From a virus (Duplodnaviria > Caudoviricetes): a stretch of DNA of 61,380 bases. Below the pieces are notes generated by a model, which searched no databases, was not told the DNA's origin, and saw only the letters and a list, made by a program, of their open reading frames with translations. Positions 19,638 to 28,339 of this stretch are shown here, piece after piece (within the stretch, counting starts at the first letter, position 1; each line of letters opens with the position of its first letter). The translations under genes were made by a program, and so were the position numbers. Where the stretch lies: IMG/VR virus record IMGVR_UViG_3300000271_000007, positions 1-61,380 of that record, one strand, 5' to 3'.

Positions 19638-19828
19638 GCTGCCGCCGGTTCCTTGCGCTGCGGGCGCTTGATCGTCACCGAATCACCTGCACGGATGCGC
19701 AGCCGGGCCAGCTGACCCGACTTCTGCTCGACGGTGATGGCCACGCGCTGCACGCCATTCGCGCCCGGCACTTCGAGGTGGACTGTCTCCAGCACACGCA
19801 CGTCCACGGCCACACCGTCGCGGCTCAT
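19631..19828 (-). CDS. CsrA/RsmA-like small protein
   Basis: 65 aa beta pattern VRVLETVHL...ITVEQKSGQLARLRIRAGDSVTIKR resembling CsrA. Confidence 0.55.
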   Translation of the reverse strand: MSRDGVAVDVRVLETVHLEVPGANGVQRVAITVEQKSGQLARLRIRAGDSVTIKRPQRKEPAAAV

Positions 19829-20808
19829 CAGTGGATGCCCAGGTTGTCGGTGGTGCGCATGAGCTTGGCCACCTGGTTGGCCGGCAGGCCCGCCAGGAAC
19901 CGCTCGGCGTCCTCGCCTTCGAGGTTGCTGAACTGCGCCATGAGGTCGTCGTTCACCACGGCCGGCGCAGCGTTCGGCAGGCCACCGATGCTGGGCGGCG
20001 CGGCGCGCGGCGCGGGGGCGGCAGGCGCAGCCGGTGCAGCAGCAGCGGGAGCCGGCGCGGGAGTGGCAGCGATGCCACGCAGCGCCAGCACGGCCTTGTG
20101 CGCCTTCTCGACTAGCTGCGCGGGCGTCAGGCTGGCGTTGGCCGGGCTCGCCTTGGCGGCAGCGAACAGGCTGTCGAACTCAACCGCTGCGGCCTTGTCG
20201 GTGCCGTAGTCCACCTGCCCTGCCTTCTTCGCAGCAGCAGCCACCGCCGCCATCGCGGCGAGCTCGGCCTTCTCCTGCGCCTCGGCAGCGCGGCGCGCGT
20301 TCTGCTCGTTCACCTCGCGCAGCGTGTCGGCGCGGGTCTGCTCGGCCAGCAGCGTGGCCATCTTGTCGTCCACCGCTTCCACCGCAGAGTGGTAGTCGTC
20401 GTCGGACAGTTCGCCGTCGCTCCACTTCTTCGCCAGGTCGCGCTTCTCGGTGCGCAGCGTGTCGCGCTGGGCCTTGAAGTCGGTGGCGGGCACGTCGAAG
20501 GCAGCCGGCGGCGCTGGCGGTGCTGCGGCCGTGTCCAGTTCCTCCAGCGCGGCGCTGGCGGCCTCGGGCGTCACTGCGTCGGAGGCAGGCTGCGCGGGGG
20601 CGGCTTCGGTGGAAGCAGCGGCTTCCGGGGTGGAAACGTTTCCAGCGTCCGCTTCCGTTTCCACTTCCTCGGTCGTACCGGCGGCGCCAGCGCTCGCGGC
20701 CGGCTTCTGCTCGGCCATCGTCGCCAGCGCCGTCTCGGCGCCGGTGTCTTGCAGGGCCGCGGCTTCCTCGGGGGTCAGCAGGGCCAGTTCTTCGGGGGAG
20801 AGCTTCAT
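19828..20808 (-). CDS. Capsid scaffolding protein
   Basis: Acidic, Ala/Pro-rich and helical; lies between portal and capsid. Confidence 0.7.
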   Translation of the reverse strand: MKLSPEELALLTPEEAAALQDTGAETALATMAEQKPAASAGAAGTTEEVETEADAGNVSTPEAAASTEAAPAQPASDAVTPEAASAALEELDTAAAPPAPPAAFDVPATDFKAQRDTLRTEKRDLAKKWSDGELSDDDYHSAVEAVDDKMATLLAEQTRADTLREVNEQNARRAAEAQEKAELAAMAAVAAAAKKAGQVDYGTDKAAAVEFDSLFAAAKASPANASLTPAQLVEKAHKAVLALRGIAATPAPAPAAAAPAAPAAPAPRAAPPSIGGLPNAAPAVVNDDLMAQFSNLEGEDAERFLAGLPANQVAKLMRTTDNLGIH

Positions 20809-20810
20809 CG

Positions 20811-21008
20811 TCAGTCCTTGGTTTCGATGGCGGCAGCAGCGGAAGCTGCGGCAACCATCTGCTGTTGGGCCAGTTCCTGCACGGCCTTCACGCGCTTCGG
20901 GTCCGCCTTGATGGCCTTGGCTTCGGCCAGGGTCCGCAGGTCGGATTCAGCGCGCCACTTGGCGTCCATGTCCATGCTCACCGGCTTGGTGCTCTTGCCC
21001 ATGCTCAT
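20811..21008 (-). CDS. Hypothetical protein
   Basis: KWRAESDLRTLAEAKAIKADPKR; AGGAG RBS. Confidence 0.7.
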   Translation of the reverse strand: MSMGKSTKPVSMDMDAKWRAESDLRTLAEAKAIKADPKRVKAVQELAQQQMVAAASAAAAIETKD

Positions 21009-21295
21009 TGCTCCTTCGTGTCGGCGACAGGCGCCGGGGTCTTGTGCAGCACGCCGGCCACGCTCACCACGCGCATCGTGCGGCCGTCGGGGTCCATGAA
21101 CTGCTCGATGCTGCCGGGCTCGTAGGCCAGCGGCTCGGGCTCGACGCCTTCAGGCGCATCGGGCAGCGCCTGGGCTTGCCAGAGGTGCAGCAGGTTGGCG
21201 GCGGCGGCCGGGGCCTCGGGCTGCATCTGCGGTTCCACCACGTCGTCCAGCGTCGGCACGTCGGCTGCCGGGGGTTGGGTCGTCTCGTCCATCAC
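21005..21295 (-). CDS. Hypothetical protein
   Basis: Coupled to portal stop. Confidence 0.55.
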   Translation of the reverse strand: MMDETTQPPAADVPTLDDVVEPQMQPEAPAAAANLLHLWQAQALPDAPEGVEPEPLAYEPGSIEQFMDPDGRTMRVVSVAGVLHKTPAPVADTKEQ

Positions 21296-23487
21296 ACTGC
21301 TCCTGGGTTGATGCCGGTCACTTCCGGCGACTGGATGCCTGCCTGCGCGCCTGCAAGCGCACCGTCGGCCTGTTGTGCCGGCGGCATGGCCGGCGCTGCC
21401 ACGGTCGGCACCGGCGCGTTGAGCGCACCGTCACCGGCCTCGTCTTGGAAGCCCACGCTGCGCGCGAGCTCGTCGGCCACCGGCGCGATCTGCGGGGCCA
21501 TCGTCAGCACCTGCGCCGCCTGGGCTGCCATGTAGAGCGTTTCCAGCCGCTTGGCCATCGCCTCGGCACTGAGCTTCATGCCCTTGTTCTGCGCCTCCAC
21601 GATGTCGGCCTTCAGCTGCGCCATCTGCGCCTCGAACTGCATCTGCGCCATCTGCGCCTGCTGCTGGGCCTGCTGCTGCATCTCGGGCGTCTCGCCCTTG
21701 GTCGGGTCGGGCATGCCCGTGACCTGCCGGATGCGCTGCAGGATGACGGCCTTCTTCGGCAGGTTCGGGTGCATTTCGAACACCACATCCAGCAGCGCCG
21801 TGACCACCTGCGGGCTCATCTTGGCGAGCTCGCCCATCATCGAGGTCAGCGACTCGAAGGCGCTCTCTGCCAGGCTCTGCTGCCAAGGCGTCTCGCCGAT
21901 GACGTACTGCGCCTTGCGCTTGCCGATGTCGTTCATCACCGTGCCGTCGGCGGCCTTCTGGTTGATCTTGATGTACTCGGGTCGGCCGCCGTCGCTGGCG
22001 CGCGGGAACTCCATCGGCTCGCGCAGGTACTGCTCGGCGAGGCTCAGGGTGATCTCGCCTTCCAGCTGCCGCGCCAGCATGATGTTGTCGAAGGGCTCGG
22101 CCGTGATGCGGCTGCCCTGCTCCTGTCGGATCGCGCGCGCCTTGCCGCTCACTGCGTTGCCGCTGTCCTGGCCGCGGTCCTCGGTGCTCACCGGACCCAG
22201 CGTGCGGATGCCGCGGGCGAACTGGTCGGCCATCAGGATGTCGGCCTGGGCCAGCGCGGTGCCTTCCTGGATCTGCACCTTGCCACCGGAGAGCGCGCCC
22301 TTGGCGAACTGCAGGTGCGCGCTCGGGTCGGCGATGCGGTCCTCCAGTTCGTTGGCGTCCATGACCGAGTTGTCCAGCGCGCCCACTTCGGTCCAGACCT
22401 GCCGCGTGCTCAGGCGGAACTGCGCTTTGCTCAGGTGCTTGTTGATGCTGTCCTGCGCGCTGCGGTGCTGGCGGATCATCCCGTAGGGCGCGCCGTCCTT
22501 CTTGCGCCGGTAGCACCACAGCGGGATGAAGGGGAAGCGGTCGTGCTGGTACGGGCTCCATTCCTCAAACAGCGTGTCGTACTCGGTCATCACGGCCACG
22601 CGCTTGCGCATCACCAGCGGCCGGTCATGCATGCCGGTGCTGCTGTCGCCGGTGTCCTTGTAGGGCTCCGACATCCAGGCCTCGATCAGCATCACGCGCT
22701 CGCGCGGGTTCGCCAGCCACGCCTCGGCGTCGTAGGTCGTCCAGCGGCTGGTCAGCGCCACGTCGCTCAGGCTCAGTTGGCCCGTCATCGGCGCACCGTT
22801 GGCGAAGTCGATGTAGCGTCGGGTGTCGCTGGTCACGATGGCCCGGCGCAGCGCGTCCACCTTGTCCTTCGGCACCATCGCCTCTGCGATGTCGAAGTCC
22901 ACTTCACGGAAGCGGAAGATGTAGCGCCAGTCGTCGGGCATCTTGCTCTGCCCCAGGCTGTCGTAGAGCATGTTGCGCCACGACTCGCGGCGCTTGTAGA
23001 TGGCGAACTCCTGCGGGTTGGCGCGCACGCCCACCTCCAGCCAGCCCAGGCCGCCCTTGAACGTGTCGTCGGCGCTCTCGCTGCGCACGAACTGCGTGCG
23101 GTTCACGTCGTCGATGAACTTCAGCAGCTGGGTCTTGTTCTGCGCGTCCTCGCCGGCCTCGGGGCTGCTGTCGTAGCGGTTGATGACCTGGTGGTCCACG
23201 CGCATGCGGCGCTCGGTGCCCAGCAGGAAGTCCACCATCGGCTTGCACTCGTTGAACACAGCCGGGTGCTGCCCGCGCGCCTGCACGGCGGCTGCCTCCT
23301 GCGCGGTCCACTGCTCGCCGTCGTAGTAGTCCTCGTCCAGCGCCATCTGGAAGCGGTTCGCGGTCTGCCGCGTGAGTTCCATGATGAACCAGCTGCGGCG
23401 GCGGTTGAAGCGCTCCTTGGCGCGCTCGTCCTCGGCCTGCTTCTTGGCCTGCCCGCGGCGGGTGTTCTTCTCCAGGATCGTGGCCAT
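21292..23487 (-). CDS. Portal protein (P22-like)
   Basis: DYYDGEQW, GLGWLEVG, FPFIPLW, PYGMIR...QDSINK, SGKA motifs; Q-rich tail. Confidence 0.9.
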   Translation of the reverse strand: MATILEKNTRRGQAKKQAEDERAKERFNRRRSWFIMELTRQTANRFQMALDEDYYDGEQWTAQEAAAVQARGQHPAVFNECKPMVDFLLGTERRMRVDHQVINRYDSSPEAGEDAQNKTQLLKFIDDVNRTQFVRSESADDTFKGGLGWLEVGVRANPQEFAIYKRRESWRNMLYDSLGQSKMPDDWRYIFRFREVDFDIAEAMVPKDKVDALRRAIVTSDTRRYIDFANGAPMTGQLSLSDVALTSRWTTYDAEAWLANPRERVMLIEAWMSEPYKDTGDSSTGMHDRPLVMRKRVAVMTEYDTLFEEWSPYQHDRFPFIPLWCYRRKKDGAPYGMIRQHRSAQDSINKHLSKAQFRLSTRQVWTEVGALDNSVMDANELEDRIADPSAHLQFAKGALSGGKVQIQEGTALAQADILMADQFARGIRTLGPVSTEDRGQDSGNAVSGKARAIRQEQGSRITAEPFDNIMLARQLEGEITLSLAEQYLREPMEFPRASDGGRPEYIKINQKAADGTVMNDIGKRKAQYVIGETPWQQSLAESAFESLTSMMGELAKMSPQVVTALLDVVFEMHPNLPKKAVILQRIRQVTGMPDPTKGETPEMQQQAQQQAQMAQMQFEAQMAQLKADIVEAQNKGMKLSAEAMAKRLETLYMAAQAAQVLTMAPQIAPVADELARSVGFQDEAGDGALNAPVPTVAAPAMPPAQQADGALAGAQAGIQSPEVTGINPGAV

Positions 23488-23972
23488 CAGACGCTCACCT
23501 CCGCAACAGCCTTGCCGTTCTCCTTGCGGATCACGTCGAACATCGGCACGCGGCCGGCGCGCAGAACCTCCTTGGGCGGCGGCGGCACGTCCACGATCAG
23601 GTCGGGGATGTAGCGCATCAGCACGTCCAGCAGGTTGTTGATCTCCACCGTCAGCGCCGGGCGCTCGAACACCTCCACCAGCACCAGCGCGGCCTCGGCC
23701 CTCGCTTCAGGCGTCGGCGTCCCGGTGGGCCGGTCGTTGGCATCGAACTCGCAGAACTTGCCCACGCTCGACAGGCAGATGCCCCACACGCCGCTCTCGC
23801 GCTCGGACGCCAGCGGCCAGATGGCCAGCATGGGCTCGCAGCTGCGGTTGCCGATGAACCACTCCAGGCTCGCGCAGTAGCCTTTGTGGATGTGCTGCTT
23901 CCAGGCCGTGGTGCCGCCGACGGCCCACACCTCACGGCCGCGGTGATCGAGGATGGTGCTGTTGATGTCCAT
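23487..23972 (-). CDS. Hypothetical protein
   Basis: MDINSTILDHRGREVW; between terL and portal. Confidence 0.65.
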   Translation of the reverse strand: MDINSTILDHRGREVWAVGGTTAWKQHIHKGYCASLEWFIGNRSCEPMLAIWPLASERESGVWGICLSSVGKFCEFDANDRPTGTPTPEARAEAALVLVEVFERPALTVEINNLLDVLMRYIPDLIVDVPPPPKEVLRAGRVPMFDVIRKENGKAVAEVSV

Positions 23973-23995
23973 GATGTTGGTGGAAGCGTTTCCAG

Positions 23996-25492
23996 TCAGG
24001 CGGTTTTCCAGTTGCGCTCGCGGCGCTCGTGGCGCCTCACGGGCTCGGTGCGTGCCACGTCCAGGCCGGTCATGGTCAGGTAGCGCGTTGCGTCCATGAG
24101 GTGGTCGTTCTCCTTGACCACGCGGCCCTTGTCGTCGCGCCGGTAGATGCGGTACTCGGCCAGCCAGTTGGTGCAGGACTTGAAGACCTTGATGCGGCCC
24201 GTGCTCAGGCGCTGCCACACCTCGTAGATGCCTGACTCCACGGCGTTGTCGGCCAGGTGCAGGTGCAGACCCTGCTTCTCGTACAGGTCCAGCAGTTGCG
24301 CGCCGTCGGCCTGCGCTCGGCCACGGGATGCCGGGTCGATGGCGCCCTGGATCCACTCGCCGCGGTGCTTGATGGCCTCGGCGTGGATGCTGGGCTCGGC
24401 TTGGCCGCGGTAGTGCTCGCTGTAGAGGTAGAGGATGTCGTTGTCGCGGTCGATGGCGCCCCACACAGCAGCGGTGCGCTTCCAGCCCACGTCCATGCCA
24501 TAGGCGCGCGGCCAGTGGTCGGGGATGTCGAACGGCGCGACGGTGATGTCGCCTTCCTCGATGGGGTAGATGGCGCCTGAGCCCAGCGCCGGCACACCGC
24601 GCGTGCGGGCCTCGCGCTGGTGCGGCGCCAGCTTGGCGTACAGCTGGCGCTTGGATTCTTCGTCCAGGTGCGGCACGTCGTCCCAGCCGCACATGACGAT
24701 GGCGCGCCCTGCTTCGGGCTGCGTGATGGCGGTTTCCGTGGCTGCGCCGATCTCCGAGCCGGCCAGCAGGTTCTGCACCAGCTTCGTCAGGCCTTCCAGC
24801 GGCGTGAACGTGAGCGTGCTGATGCCCTTGGTGGTCATCAGGCGCACCTGGCCCTCGTCGTACACGTCGTCCGGGCATTCCTCGTCAGGCCAGAAGCCGT
24901 CGAGCTCGAAGCCCTGGAAGATCTTCCGGCCCTGCTCGTAGGACCGCAGCCACACCTCGCTCTCGCCGGCGTTGCTGACGTCGCCGCCGCCGCTGACGCG
25001 CTTGATGATGGCCTTCTCGATGGCGCCCTTCACGTGGACCCGCGGCACCCAGGCCTTGATCTGCATGCCCGGAATCAGCCCGGTGCCGATCTTCTCGGGC
25101 CGGTCGCGGTCGTCGGTGCCCAGCAGCTTCTCCTGCAGGATGTCCCGCGTCGTCTCGTGCGTGTCGCCGCTGGCCAGCAGCGTGATCGGGCGGCTGAACG
25201 TGTGCCCTTTCCACCAGTCCGGGTACATGCCGGTCAGGTGGTAGCTCCACTCGCTGCCTGCCGCGACGGTCTTGCCCACGCGGTTGCCGGCCAGGAACAC
25301 CCGTTCGCGGTACTGGCGGCCGAGCTCGAAGAACTGCATGTGCTTCGGGTAGAGCTCGCGCCGCAGCGGCCCGGCGTCGGGGAACAGCGTGGACAGCAGG
25401 CGCATGCCCTTGCGCCGCTCCATCTCGGTCGTGATGGCAACCAGTTCGGCCCGCTGCTCGGGCGTCAGCCGGGACAGGTCAGCCGCGCCCAT
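23996..25492 (-). CDS. terL: Terminase large subunit
   Basis: Walker A AGNRVGKT, Walker B FWPDEE, motif III TFTP, nuclease GMDVG and DHLMDATRY. Confidence 0.95.
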   Translation of the reverse strand: MGAADLSRLTPEQRAELVAITTEMERRKGMRLLSTLFPDAGPLRRELYPKHMQFFELGRQYRERVFLAGNRVGKTVAAGSEWSYHLTGMYPDWWKGHTFSRPITLLASGDTHETTRDILQEKLLGTDDRDRPEKIGTGLIPGMQIKAWVPRVHVKGAIEKAIIKRVSGGGDVSNAGESEVWLRSYEQGRKIFQGFELDGFWPDEECPDDVYDEGQVRLMTTKGISTLTFTPLEGLTKLVQNLLAGSEIGAATETAITQPEAGRAIVMCGWDDVPHLDEESKRQLYAKLAPHQREARTRGVPALGSGAIYPIEEGDITVAPFDIPDHWPRAYGMDVGWKRTAAVWGAIDRDNDILYLYSEHYRGQAEPSIHAEAIKHRGEWIQGAIDPASRGRAQADGAQLLDLYEKQGLHLHLADNAVESGIYEVWQRLSTGRIKVFKSCTNWLAEYRIYRRDDKGRVVKENDHLMDATRYLTMTGLDVARTEPVRRHERRERNWKTA

Positions 25493-26165
25493 TGGCTTCC
25501 TCTGCGCTTGGCAGCGCGCCGGCCAGGCGCAGCAGTTCCAGCGCGCGACTGGTCAGGTCGGCGTCGGGCACGTTGTTCATGGTGACGTTCTGCGTCACGT
25601 CCAGCTTGTCGCCGTAGGTGCGCGGCTTCAGCTTCGCGGCGATCCACTTCCGGGCATCGACCCGCAGCCGGTTGCGCTGGATGGCGGCCGAGTCCAGCGC
25701 CAGGGTGACGTTTTCACCGTCGTGCGTCGCGGCCACTGTCGCCTCGTCGCTGATGGCCACCATCTCGTCGGCCAGCTTGTCGGCGCGGTCTTCGCGTGCG
25801 CGCGCGTAGAGCACCGTGCGGCCCGGGTCCGCATTGATCCATCGCTGCATCGATGTGTAGCTGAACCCTCGTTCCCGGCAGAACTCGGCCAGGTGCCCGC
25901 CTGCCGTGATGTGGTCGCAGAACTCGCTCAGGGCGGCCTCGGCGTCTTGCGTCCAGGCCTGTAGCGGAGTCAGTGCGGGGGTGTTGGGCTGTGTCGTTGC
26001 GGGAGGCTTCTTGCCCTTGGAAGTGGAAACGCTTCCAGCCTTCCCGGCCTTGTCGCCCTTCCCCGCCTTGCTGGCGGGCGTCCTCTTGGCTGCGGGCTTG
26101 CGCGGCTTGGTAGGCTTCTTGGCGTCAGGCTGTGCCGGCGTGGGCACACTCTTGCGTGCGGGCAT
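25479..26165 (-). CDS. terS: Terminase small subunit
   Basis: YARAREDRADKLADE...RLRVDARKWIAAKLKPRTYGDK. Confidence 0.9.
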   Translation of the reverse strand: MPARKSVPTPAQPDAKKPTKPRKPAAKRTPASKAGKGDKAGKAGSVSTSKGKKPPATTQPNTPALTPLQAWTQDAEAALSEFCDHITAGGHLAEFCRERGFSYTSMQRWINADPGRTVLYARAREDRADKLADEMVAISDEATVAATHDGENVTLALDSAAIQRNRLRVDARKWIAAKLKPRTYGDKLDVTQNVTMNNVPDADLTSRALELLRLAGALPSAEEANGRG

Positions 26166-26268
26166 GGTCGATTCGCAGAAGTAGCCCCGGGCGGGTGAGG
26201 CCCGGGGCGAACTCGCTGTGGAGCGAGGGAGACAACGACAACCGGAAGACCCGGCTGTGTCAGCGTCC

Positions 26269-26292
26269 CATGCGAATCGGAAAAGTCAAACC
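26269..26292 (-). promoter_or_regulatory. Putative late promoter motif, copy 3, upstream of terS
   Basis: GGTTTGACTTTTCCGATTCGCATG; a palindrome copy lies at 26316-26329. Confidence 0.55.
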
Positions 26293-26361
26293 AGGGGTGG
26301 AAGTGGCGGTTGGGGTGGAAACGTTTCCACTTGGCCTGTTCTCATGCCGCAGCCCTGACGA

Positions 26362-27042
26362 TCAGCGCGCGGGCGGCGCCCATCCGCGCACGTTCAGTCG
26401 CACCACGGTGCGCAGGCAGTCGCGCCTCACCGGCAGGGCTTCGTGCAGCATCGTGAGCGTGTGGCCAGCCCAGGCGCGGCCCGGCTCCATATCCACGCGC
26501 AGCAGGCCGCTGGCGTCAATGTGCGCGCAGTCACCGCCATCGCCAGGCTGCCCGTCGAAGCGGCCCACGTAGGCTGCGCAGCCCAGCACGTCGCTGGCAA
26601 GAATCAGCCCTTCGGCGTTTTCGCCAGCGTGAAGGTGCCCGCCTCTTGGCCTGCGGTGTGAGTGGTCTCCGCTGATGGGCTCTGGCACGCCGCGATGACT
26701 GCCTCGCCCGCCGTGACTGTGCCCGCCGACAGGCTCCGTCGGTCGGATGCTGTGCCCGCCGCCTCCGCCGCCATGTGCTTGCAGTGTCGGATGCCAATAG
26801 CCGTCAACATGTAGGCCGGGGCGGCGGTGCGTCGTTGCCACCTTCACGTGCGCTTGATCCACCATCAGGAAGACAGGCCCGCTGGTGTCCACGCCGTCCA
26901 GCATGGCGTCCACGGTGTCTTGCCAGCGCACCAGATCGGGCGGCAGGCCAGCGGCTTTGGTGAACTCGCGCATGTAAACGCGCTCGCCAGTGAAGGCGGG
27001 GAACGGCACAGGGCCGCGCTGCTGTACGTTGCTCAGGTTCAT
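26362..27042 (-). CDS. Putative 2OG-Fe(II) oxygenase-like protein
   Basis: HVD ... LHE ... RTVVRL spacing; His/Gly-rich insert. Confidence 0.5.
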   Translation of the reverse strand: MNLSNVQQRGPVPFPAFTGERVYMREFTKAAGLPPDLVRWQDTVDAMLDGVDTSGPVFLMVDQAHVKVATTHRRPGLHVDGYWHPTLQAHGGGGGGHSIRPTEPVGGHSHGGRGSHRGVPEPISGDHSHRRPRGGHLHAGENAEGLILASDVLGCAAYVGRFDGQPGDGGDCAHIDASGLLRVDMEPGRAWAGHTLTMLHEALPVRRDCLRTVVRLNVRGWAPPAR

Positions 27043-27064
27043 GCTCTCTCCAGTAGTGGGGCGG

Positions 27065-27274
27065 TCAGCGGGAGAACTCAGCGACCAGCACGATGACAAG
27101 GCTGATGAACAGGCCGGTAAGCACGCCGAGCCAATAGGCCCTGTTCTCGCGCCTCTCCACAAGCGCCTGTATCTGCCTTGCGCGGAACTCGTGATCCGCG
27201 ATGCGCCGACGTGACTCGTCCATCAGTGCGTTGAACTCGCCGCGATCCTCGTGGCTCCACGAATGTGTTTCCAT
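27065..27274 (-). CDS. Small membrane protein
   Basis: C-terminal TM helix; GGAGAG RBS. Confidence 0.55.
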   Translation of the reverse strand: METHSWSHEDRGEFNALMDESRRRIADHEFRARQIQALVERRENRAYWLGVLTGLFISLVIVLVAEFSR

Positions 27275-27284
27275 GCTCTCTCCC

Positions 27285-27548
27285 TCAGTCCGAAGCGGCG
27301 AGCATCTGGCGCCCGGCGTCGGTTAGGTTGAATCGGTGCCACGGGTAGGGCTCGGACTTGCCTTCCGCCACAAGGCCCAGCGCTTGCAGATCGGCCAGCA
27401 GCGATTCCAGCCACGCGCCGCCGCGCTCGAACGTGCTCACGCGCGGGTCGGCGGCTAAGACGTGCAGCGCGTTGCGCACCGTGCGCTTGCCTCGCGGTAG
27501 CTCGCTCAGTGAGCCAGTGAAGGTGTCAATGTGGAACGGGGAGCTCAT
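27285..27548 (-). CDS. Hypothetical, winged-helix-like protein
   Basis: LADLQALGLV...FNLTDAGRQML; GGAGG RBS. Confidence 0.6.
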   Translation of the reverse strand: MSSPFHIDTFTGSLSELPRGKRTVRNALHVLAADPRVSTFERGGAWLESLLADLQALGLVAEGKSEPYPWHRFNLTDAGRQMLAASD

Positions 27549-27590
27549 CTCATCCCTCCGCAGTAGTGCCGGGTCAGCGGCGTATCGGTG

Positions 27591-27998
27591 TTACACCGCA
27601 GGGTGCGCGGTCGAATTCACGTTGGGCGTCTTCAGGGTCGCCAGCAGCAAGCGTGCCTCTTTCTCGGCGCTGCTCGCGAGTTGCTGCAGCACCAGCAAGC
27701 GGTCGGCGGCTTCCATCCGGCCGCCAGCGCTGAAGTTGTCGCGTGCGACTCGATAGCTGGCAGTTGCCCGGGCCTCCTTGTCGCGCGCCTCCAGAACCTT
27801 CAGAAGCGCATCCCGCAGGTTGCTAACTTGGCAGCGCAACACCTGAAGTTCGGCCGCGGCTTCGCGGTCGTACAGGCCGTTGATGTGGCTGCCGCTGCTG
27901 TCCAGCAGGCGCTCCACCAGGTCACGCTCCGGCACCGGCCGCCCAACCCCTCGCTCAACCGGACCAATGCCGGCGGGCTGCTTTTGTTCCATGCTCAT
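27591..27998 (-). CDS. Hypothetical protein carried in an integron-type cassette
   Basis: RBS and start lie inside the attC loop; C-terminus resembles that of 32526..33071. Confidence 0.65.
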   Translation of the reverse strand: MSMEQKQPAGIGPVERGVGRPVPERDLVERLLDSSGSHINGLYDREAAAELQVLRCQVSNLRDALLKVLEARDKEARATASYRVARDNFSAGGRMEAADRLLVLQQLASSAEKEARLLLATLKTPNVNSTAHPAV

Positions 27999-28042
27999 GC
28001 TCCTGTAGCGCCGTCATTGGCGCGGTTAGCTCTGCGTTAGGC
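27941..28042 (+). mobile_element. Integron attC recombination site
   Basis: R'' GCCCAAC, 5-nt spacer, L'' GCTCAACC with extra C, stem CAATGCCGGCG/CGCCGTCATTG, L' GGTTAGC, 5-nt spacer, R' GTTAGGC. Confidence 0.8.
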
Positions 28043-28327
28043 CCCACCCTCGCGCAGCCGCCTGAAGTGCTCGGCCACCTCGGCGCCGGTCAGGATCACG
28101 GCGCTCGGCGGGGCCAGCATCGCCCGCAGTTCGCGCACCTCGGCGCTCAGTTCAGCCAGGCGCGCGGCCATCACGCCATCGCTCTGCGTCATTGCATGCC
28201 CGGCGCCCATGATCGCGCCGCGCTGCTGCGGCATCTGCTCCAGCAGTTCGCGGGGAATCGTGCTCTGTTGGCCGGCGGCCATCTGTCCAGGTGTTGGCAT
28301 TCCATCTTCCTTTCGCTTCGGCCCCAC
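28037..28327 (-). CDS. Hypothetical protein
   Basis: TAA stop lies within the attC core; true start may be at MPTPG. Confidence 0.55.
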   Translation of the reverse strand: MGPKRKEDGMPTPGQMAAGQQSTIPRELLEQMPQQRGAIMGAGHAMTQSDGVMAARLAELSAEVRELRAMLAPPSAVILTGAEVAEHFRRLREGGA

Positions 28328-28339
28328 GGCCAGTGTTGC

